Assembly: GCA_046262595.1 (NCBI GenBank)
Contig: JBHEMM010000015.1
Coordinates: forward strand, 22,271-44,031
Length of the DNA: 21,761 bases
Direction: 5' to 3'
Origin: Vulcanimicrobiaceae bacterium
GTDB taxonomy: Bacteria > Vulcanimicrobiota > Vulcanimicrobiia > Vulcanimicrobiales > Vulcanimicrobiaceae
Below the pieces are notes generated by a model. That model had not been told where the DNA came from, searched no databases, and saw only the letters and a program-made list of their open reading frames with translations. The position numbers and the translations under genes are program-made. Numbering within the stretch: position 1 is the stretch's first letter; each line of letters begins with the position of its first letter. This document shows, one piece after another, positions 16,113 to 21,761 of the stretch.

Positions 16113-17495
16113 GTGATCGTCGAGCGTTTAAGAGAAGCCCTGGGCACGGAAGCGGTCAAAACGCAGCCCGAAGATTTGGCCGTTTTTTCATTCGATGCAT
16201 ACTCGCAAGGACAAACGCCCACCGCCGTCGTTCTGCCCTCGACAACGCGGGAAGTCGCCGCTGCGGTAAAAATCGCGAACGACTGCGGGGAGCCCATTGT
16301 GCCCCGGGGTGCAGGTACCGGTTTGTGCGGCGGCGCGATTCCTGCGCGCGGCGGCATCGTCTTTTCATTTGCGCGAATGAACCGCGTGCTGGAAATCGAC
16401 GTGCGCAATAAGCGCGCGCGTGTGCAGCCCGGCCTCATCAATCTCGAGCTGTCCAATCGCGTTCGCGCCGACGGACTGTTTTATGCCCCGGACCCGTCCT
16501 CGCAAAAAGCATCGACGATCGGCGGCAACATCGGCACCAACGCCGGCGGGCCGCACTGTCTCTCGTACGGTACGACGGTCAATCACGTGCTCTCGCTCGA
16601 AGTCGTCGATCCGCAAGGCGACGTCTTCATGACGGACATCGACGAGGCCGGTTACGATCTCACGGGTGTGCTCGTCGGCAGCGAAGGCACCTTGGGCGTG
16701 ACGACGTCGGCTTGGGTGCGCCTGATGCGCGCGCCCGAGGCCGTGCGCGTGTGGCTTGCGGCCTTCGGCGACGTCGATTCGGCTTCTGCAGCGGTCTCCG
16801 CCATCATCGGCGCCGGCATCCTTCCCGCGGCGCTTGAAATGCTCGACCGGCTGGCGTTGCAAGCCGTCGAGGCGGCCTTTCATGCCGGATATCCGACGGA
16901 CGCGGGCGCCGTGCTGCTTATCGAGGGCGCCGGATTCGAAGACGGCCTCGACGCCGACGAAGCGGAAATCGCACGGCTGGTTCGTGAAGCCGGCGCGCTT
17001 TCATGGCGCTCCGCGCGCGCGCAAGCGGAACGCGATGCGTTATGGGCGGGCCGCAAAGGCGCGCTCGGCGCTGCCGGGCTTATCGCGCCGAACTACTACA
17101 TCCAAGATGTCGTCGTGCCCCGCACGAAGCTTCCTGCGGCACTGCGGGTAGTCAATGCCGCCTGCGCGGCGCGCGGCATCGAAACGATGAACGTCTTTCA
17201 TGCCGGAGACGGAAATCTGCATCCCCTGCTGATGTATGACCGAAGCAACGCGCGGCAAGTGGGCGCCGTCATCGACGCGGGCAACGAGATACTGCAAGCG
17301 GCGGTGGATCTTGGTGGAACGATCAGCGGCGAGCACGGCATCGGCTACGAAAAACGCGAGACGCTCACAAAGATCTTCTCGACGGACGACCTGGCGACGA
17401 TGGCGCGCGTGCGCGACGTGTTCGACCCCCGGCGCGCGCTCAACCCGGAGAAGATCTTTCCCGCCGGCATCGGCTGCGCGGAGATCGCGCGGTGA
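16113..17495 (+). CDS. glcD: Glycolate oxidase subunit GlcD-like FAD-linked oxidase
   Basis: Motifs PRGAGTGLCGG, YAPDPSSQ, TIGGNIGTNAGGPHCL.YG.T, GSEGTLG, FHAGDGNLHP, GEHGIG, NPEKIFP. Confidence 0.88.
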   Translation: MIVERLREALGTEAVKTQPEDLAVFSFDAYSQGQTPTAVVLPSTTREVAAAVKIANDCGEPIVPRGAGTGLCGGAIPARGGIVFSFARMNRVLEIDVRNKRARVQPGLINLELSNRVRADGLFYAPDPSSQKASTIGGNIGTNAGGPHCLSYGTTVNHVLSLEVVDPQGDVFMTDIDEAGYDLTGVLVGSEGTLGVTTSAWVRLMRAPEAVRVWLAAFGDVDSASAAVSAIIGAGILPAALEMLDRLALQAVEAAFHAGYPTDAGAVLLIEGAGFEDGLDADEAEIARLVREAGALSWRSARAQAERDALWAGRKGALGAAGLIAPNYYIQDVVVPRTKLPAALRVVNAACAARGIETMNVFHAGDGNLHPLLMYDRSNARQVGAVIDAGNEILQAAVDLGGTISGEHGIGYEKRETLTKIFSTDDLATMARVRDVFDPRRALNPEKIFPAGIGCAEIAR

Positions 17496-18679
17496 CGGCC
17501 GCCTTATCGGCCAAGCTGCGCGAGTGCAATGAAAGCCGCACGCCGGTCAATATCGAAGGCGGCGCGACGCTGCGCGGCATGGGCGCTGCGCGAACCGCCG
17601 CGACGGGCATCTCCACCGCAACTCTCGATGCTTTCATCACGCACGAAGTGCACGACCTTACCTGTTCGGTGCAGGCCGGCATGACGCTGCAGGCGTTCTC
17701 CCAGACACTCGCGCAGGCGGGCCAGTTCGTGCCGCTCGATGCGCCGCTGCGCGGCAAAGCAACGGTCGGCGGCACGTTATCCGCCGGATGGCTCGGGCCC
17801 CGCAGGCACTATTACGGACGCCTGCGCGACTTCGCGATCGGGTCGCAAGTGATTTTGGCGGATGGCACCATTGCCAACGCCGGCGGCATGGTCGTGAAAA
17901 ACGTAAGCGGCTACGACATGACCAAGCTGTACATCGGTTCGTTCGGCACGCTCGCGCTCGTTACGCAATTTAATTTTAAAACGCTACCGCTTCCCCGAGC
18001 GCGCCGCGTGCTGATCGCAGCACTTCCGGAGAGCACGCGCGAGCGCGCAACCACGCAGGTAACGCAACTTGCCGCTGCGCCGGCGGCGGCGCTTTGTGTC
18101 GAAGGCTTCCGCAAAAGCATTGAAGGCGAGGACGGCGTCGACGGCCGTCTGTTTCTGCTTCTGGAGGGAACGCAGCGGTCGATCGACCGCTCGACGCGCG
18201 AGATACGGTCCGCGCTTGGCCGCGCGGGCGTTCCGGAGACCGCAATCACCGACACGGGCGCCGATCGCCTCTTCGAGCGCCTGCTCGATGCAGCGCTGCT
18301 GAGCACCGCAGGACGCACGTTGACGTACCGCTCGCTCGGAACGCCCGAATCGGCGCCCGCGCGTGCACGCGCGCTTCGCGACGCGGCAAACGCCGAGGCG
18401 CTCTACACCGATGTGTTGCTCGATATCATGAACGGCGATGTGTTCGTGCGCGTGAGCGAGCGTGAAAGCCGGGCATTCGCGCAGAAGATCGAGGTCTGTC
18501 ACGACGCCATACGCGCGGTCGATCCGCGCAGCGTCATCGTTGCGGGCGAGGCGCCCATCCGCGAATCGCTCGATCCATGGGGCGCGCCGCCCCGCGCGAT
18601 TGCACAGATGCGCGACCTCAAAGCCCGGTTCGATCCGAACGGCATCCTGAATCCCGGGCGCTTCACAGGCGGCATTTAA
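17492..18679 (+). CDS. glcE: Glycolate oxidase FAD-binding subunit GlcE-like
   Basis: Motifs ATVGG, GPRR..YG.LRD, GGMVVKNVSGYDMTKLYIGSFGTL, FDPNGILNPGRF. GTGA overlap with glcD. Confidence 0.85.
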   Translation: MTAALSAKLRECNESRTPVNIEGGATLRGMGAARTAATGISTATLDAFITHEVHDLTCSVQAGMTLQAFSQTLAQAGQFVPLDAPLRGKATVGGTLSAGWLGPRRHYYGRLRDFAIGSQVILADGTIANAGGMVVKNVSGYDMTKLYIGSFGTLALVTQFNFKTLPLPRARRVLIAALPESTRERATTQVTQLAAAPAAALCVEGFRKSIEGEDGVDGRLFLLLEGTQRSIDRSTREIRSALGRAGVPETAITDTGADRLFERLLDAALLSTAGRTLTYRSLGTPESAPARARALRDAANAEALYTDVLLDIMNGDVFVRVSERESRAFAQKIEVCHDAIRAVDPRSVIVAGEAPIRESLDPWGAPPRAIAQMRDLKARFDPNGILNPGRFTGGI

Positions 18680-18682
18680 CGC

Positions 18683-19759
18683 ATGCTGGACGAGGAGATA
18701 CGCTGGGCGGTGCGGCGCGTGCTGCTGGATCCGCAGCGCTTGCGCGTCCTGCTGTCCGGCGGATTCGATAACGTTGTGGCGCTGCGCGTGTTTTTCTCCG
18801 TGATCGTCCCGGAAGCTCGTGCGGCGCTTGCGCGCCTGCAGAGCCTTGCCGAACGCATCCCGGACGATTCGCTGCGCGCTAAAGCACTGCACACGCTGCA
18901 AGCCAAAGCGTATCATGTGGCCGGCGCGTGCGTTTTGGCGGCCTTTCTTCCCAGCGGCGCGCGCGAGCACTATATCGGCATCGTCGCTCCGCTGGAGTCG
19001 ATCTACGACTTCCTCGATACGCTCTGCGACCGCGAACCGCAGCTGGACGCGCGTGCCTCGCGGCAATTGCATCTTGCCCTCTCGGACGCGCTCGATCCGT
19101 ACGGCACAGAACACGCGTATTTCCTTTACGGTCCGGACGGCGATGACGGCGATTATTTGAAGGCGCTCGTGCGCCGCGTGCGCCATTCCCTTAAACGGCT
19201 GTTCGATCACGAATTGCTGCTGCCCGTCTTCGCCGGCGCGGCGCGCCTGTATACCGAAACGCAGACGCTCAAACACCTTCCGGCGGGACACCGCGAAGAA
19301 GCGTGCGCGGCGCGTTTTTCTCAAGATGCGGCGCGAAGCGGGCTTTCCTGGTTCGAATACGCTGCGGGCGCCGGGTCGCAGTTCCACGTTTACGGCGCGT
19401 TATACGCCGGGTTCTGCAGCCGCTTCGATCGTGCCGGCGCGACGTACGATGCGTATTTTCCGGAGCTCGCGGCGGTGCACGTGCTGCTCGATGCCTTCAT
19501 CGACCAAGCCGAAGACCGCGCGCATGCGGAGCTCAACTGGCTGGCCTGTTATGCAAATGGCGAAGCATTCGCAGAGCGGATGGGCGAGCTCGCGCGCCGC
19601 AGCAGCGCGAAATTTGCGTGTTTACCGCTGCCCGGCGCTCACCGGTTCGCACTGCGTCTTATGAGCCTGTTCTACTTGACGCACCGGAAAATTCGCGTAC
19701 AGCACCTCGAGCCTCAAGCCGATCGTTTGTTACGCGTCCTGGCTGCAGGAACGACTTGA
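18683..19759 (+). CDS. YtpB/DUF2600 family (tetraprenyl-beta-curcumene synthase-like) class IB terpene synthase
   Basis: IPDDSLR.KAL...KAYH, DFLDTLCDR (cf. DYLDNLCDR), DDGDYL..LV, Q..KH, WFEYAAGAGS, YFP...HVLLDAFIDQAED...ELN (cf. DY.IDQEED...DLN). Confidence 0.82.
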   Translation: MLDEEIRWAVRRVLLDPQRLRVLLSGGFDNVVALRVFFSVIVPEARAALARLQSLAERIPDDSLRAKALHTLQAKAYHVAGACVLAAFLPSGAREHYIGIVAPLESIYDFLDTLCDREPQLDARASRQLHLALSDALDPYGTEHAYFLYGPDGDDGDYLKALVRRVRHSLKRLFDHELLLPVFAGAARLYTETQTLKHLPAGHREEACAARFSQDAARSGLSWFEYAAGAGSQFHVYGALYAGFCSRFDRAGATYDAYFPELAAVHVLLDAFIDQAEDRAHAELNWLACYANGEAFAERMGELARRSSAKFACLPLPGAHRFALRLMSLFYLTHRKIRVQHLEPQADRLLRVLAAGTT

Positions 19760-20903
19760 TCATGCCCTCGTCATGCTTGGCCATCTCGCGGTAATATTCG
19801 GGCGAGTCCTCGAGCGAACCGCGGTGGGTAATAACGAACGACGGATCGATCTCGCCGCGTCGAATGCGATCCAGTAACGGCCGCAAATAACGCTGCACGT
19901 GCGTCTGTCCGGTGCGCATCTGCAAGCCCTTTTCGAAAACCGTTCCCATCGGAATCTTGTCGATAAAGCCGCCGTACACGCCCGGGATGCTTACCGTTCC
20001 GCCGCTTCCGCACGCCTGGATCGCTAGACGCAGTACATGCGCGCGATCGAACTGCAGCTTGACGGCTTGTTTAGCGCGATCGGCGGCCGCGTCCGGCGTG
20101 TGCCCGTGCGCTTCCATGCCGACGCAGTCGATGCACGCGTCGGGCCCGCGCCCGCCGGTCAATTCGAACAGCGCATCCAGAATGTTGACTTCATCGAAGT
20201 GCAGGACGGTCGCGCCGGCATCTTGCGCCATCTGCAGGCGCTCCGGAACCCGGTCGATCGCAATCACCCGCTCGGCACCGAGCAAAAACGCGCTGCGGAT
20301 CGCAAACTGTCCGACGGCGCCGCAGCCGAACACGGCCACGACGTGGCCGGGCGTAATGTCGCAATTTTCCGCCGCCATGTATCCGGTCGGGAACACGTCG
20401 CTCAGATACAGCGCTTGTTCGTCCGAGACGCCCTCGGGAACGCTCAGCGGCCCCACGTCGGCATACGGCACGCGCACGAACTCCGCTTGTCCGCCGGAAT
20501 ATCCGCCGAAGAGGTGTGTGTACCCGTACAGGCCCGCACAGGAATATCCGTAGAGCCGTTCGGCGAGCGACGCGTTCGGATTCGAGTTCTCGCACAAAGA
20601 GAACCGCTTGCGCACGCACGGCCCGCAATTTCCACACGAAATCGTAAACGGCACGACCACGCGGTCGCCTTTGCGCAACGTCGTGACGCCCGGGCCGGTC
20701 TCTTCAACGATGCCCATGAACTCATGCCCCAAGATATCGCCGGGCTTCATCATGGGCATGATGCCGTTATACAGGTGCATGTCGGAGCCGCAGATCGCGC
20801 TTGCGGTTACGCGCACGATCGCATCCCGCGGATTGAGGATCTGGGGGTCCCGCACGCGCTCGACGCGCACGTCGCCGCGCCCGTGCCAAACGACTGCCTT
20901 CAC
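19659..20903 (-). CDS. Zinc-dependent alcohol dehydrogenase (MDR; YbdR/formaldehyde dehydrogenase-like)
   Basis: Motifs ICGSDMHLY, GHEFMG, C..C..C.......C, GGQAEFVRVPYAD, LSDVFPTGY, GCGAVG, GRGPDACIDCVG, GQTHVQRY. Confidence 0.93.
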   Translation of the reverse strand: MKAVVWHGRGDVRVERVRDPQILNPRDAIVRVTASAICGSDMHLYNGIMPMMKPGDILGHEFMGIVEETGPGVTTLRKGDRVVVPFTISCGNCGPCVRKRFSLCENSNPNASLAERLYGYSCAGLYGYTHLFGGYSGGQAEFVRVPYADVGPLSVPEGVSDEQALYLSDVFPTGYMAAENCDITPGHVVAVFGCGAVGQFAIRSAFLLGAERVIAIDRVPERLQMAQDAGATVLHFDEVNILDALFELTGGRGPDACIDCVGMEAHGHTPDAAADRAKQAVKLQFDRAHVLRLAIQACGSGGTVSIPGVYGGFIDKIPMGTVFEKGLQMRTGQTHVQRYLRPLLDRIRRGEIDPSFVITHRGSLEDSPEYYREMAKHDEGMIKSFLQPGRVTNDRLEARGAVREFSGASSRTGS

Positions 20904-21274
20904 GATGCAAACCGCCTTCCTGTAGCAATCTCTCCGGCTTCGAGCAGCGATTTCGCGCGCCGCAAGATGTCTTTGGTGGCATATTTTCCAATGCCGCGCA
21001 TCGTCAGATAGATCTCGGTGCCGCGCCGGCCGGGTGCGGCGCGCACCTCCAACCGTTCGATATTGCCAAGCAGCTTGCCGGTGGTAAGCGCTTCGATCAC
21101 GTGTTCCCGCGATTCGATGAATTCTTCGACGCGCTCGCGCGGCGCGAGCACGGTCGCCGCTTGCGTTACGGGCTTTCTGAGGCGGGCGCGGGTGCGGCGC
21201 GTAAGATACGTCATCGTCAAACCCGCCGCAGCGCCCGCGGCAAGCAGCACGGCGGACGTTTTTCTCTCATCCAT
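20900..21274 (-). CDS. Short SRPBCC/cyclase-like hypothetical protein with an N-terminal hydrophobic anchor
   Basis: AAPGRRGTE and LRRAKSLLEAGEIAT resemble the C-terminus of SRPBCC proteins commonly found upstream of this ADH type. Overlaps the ADH start by 4 nt. Confidence 0.65.
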   Translation of the reverse strand: MDERKTSAVLLAAGAAAGLTMTYLTRRTRARLRKPVTQAATVLAPRERVEEFIESREHVIEALTTGKLLGNIERLEVRAAPGRRGTEIYLTMRGIGKYATKDILRRAKSLLEAGEIATGRRFAS

Positions 21275-21312
21275 GGCGCCCACTTTCCCGCGAAAACGGG
21301 TAACCAAATGGC
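21275..21312. promoter_or_regulatory. Candidate bidirectional SigB/SigF-type promoter region
   Basis: GGGTAA (21298-21303, +) is 9 nt before ATG 21313. GGGAAA (21289-21284, -) is 9 nt before ATG 21274 and has ATTT 16 nt upstream. Confidence 0.4.
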
Positions 21313-21761
21313 ATGCGCCTGCCCCGCAACTCCAAGACCGTACTGTTCGCGCTCGCCGGAATAGCCGGCGTACGAATTGCTTCCCGCTTGCTTCATCGGC
21401 GGCGCCTCGACGGACAAGTGGTGTTCGTTACCGGCGGTTCGCGCGGCTTAGGTCTCTCAATTGCACTCGAATGCGGGCGGCGAGGCGCGCACGTCGCGCT
21501 TGCCGCTCGAAACGAAGCGGCGCTGCATCGCGCCGCGCAGCAGGTGCGCGAACGGGGCGGGCAAGCGCTGCCGTTGGTCTGCGATGTGCGCAATCGCGAC
21601 GAAATAGAGCGCTCCGTGCATCGCGCGCACGAACACTTCGGGCGCCTCGACGTCCTGGTCAACAATGCCGGCACGATTGCGGTTGGGCCGATGGAAGACA
21701 TGACGCAGGAGGATTACCGCGACGCACTGGACACGCATTTTTGGGCGATGTACTACGCAGT
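21313..21761 (+). CDS. Short-chain dehydrogenase/reductase, N-terminal part, runs off the right edge
   Basis: Not in the ORF track. Manual translation: MRLPRNSKTVLFALAGIAGVRIASRLLHRRRLDGQVVFVTGGSRGLG...CDV...FGRLDVLVNNAG...GPMEDMT (TGxxxGxG and NNAG motifs). Confidence 0.92.
   Translation, partial: MRLPRNSKTVLFALAGIAGVRIASRLLHRRRLDGQVVFVTGGSRGLGLSIALECGRRGAHVALAARNEAALHRAAQQVRERGGQALPLVCDVRNRDEIERSVHRAHEHFGRLDVLVNNAGTIAVGPMEDMTQEDYRDALDTHFWAMYYA

Noticed and set aside
2348..19387. Long antisense ORFs (2348..3613, 5394..6644, 8031..8777, 9682..10488, 17984..19387)
   Set aside because: They mirror well-supported genes, are Arg-rich and motif-free, and are expected in high-GC DNA.

Overview
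High-GC, very tightly packed bacterial chromosomal region of mostly housekeeping and metabolic genes. I see no mobile elements, CRISPR arrays, rRNAs or tRNAs. In order it contains: ETF:quinone oxidoreductase (partial, -), M14-type Zn carboxypeptidase (-), LOG/SLOG protein and beta-CASP metallo-beta-lactamase nuclease (+), FAD/NAD(P) oxidoreductase (-), a small helical protein (+), an unexplained ~250 bp spacer, and an M20 amidohydrolase (+). Next is a Bacillus-Bkd-like 2-oxoacid dehydrogenase operon with two intact tandem E1-alpha paralogs plus E1-beta and E2 but no E3. Then come a small membrane protein and a degenerate GGDEF protein (-), a queD-queE-mqnB-mqnD-namZ operon (+), a PilZ protein (-), and glcD-glcE followed by a YtpB/DUF2600 class IB terpene synthase instead of glcF (+). 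The window ends with a Zn-dependent dehydrogenase and a minimal SRPBCC-like protein (-) and an SDR (partial, +). Most notable: the dual E1-alpha operon, the variant terpene synthase coupled to glcDE, a recurrent GGG(T/A)A(A/C/T) hexamer 9-10 nt before start codons of stress-type genes, and the structured spacer at 5253-5500. All family calls come from motif recognition by eye; no database searches were run.
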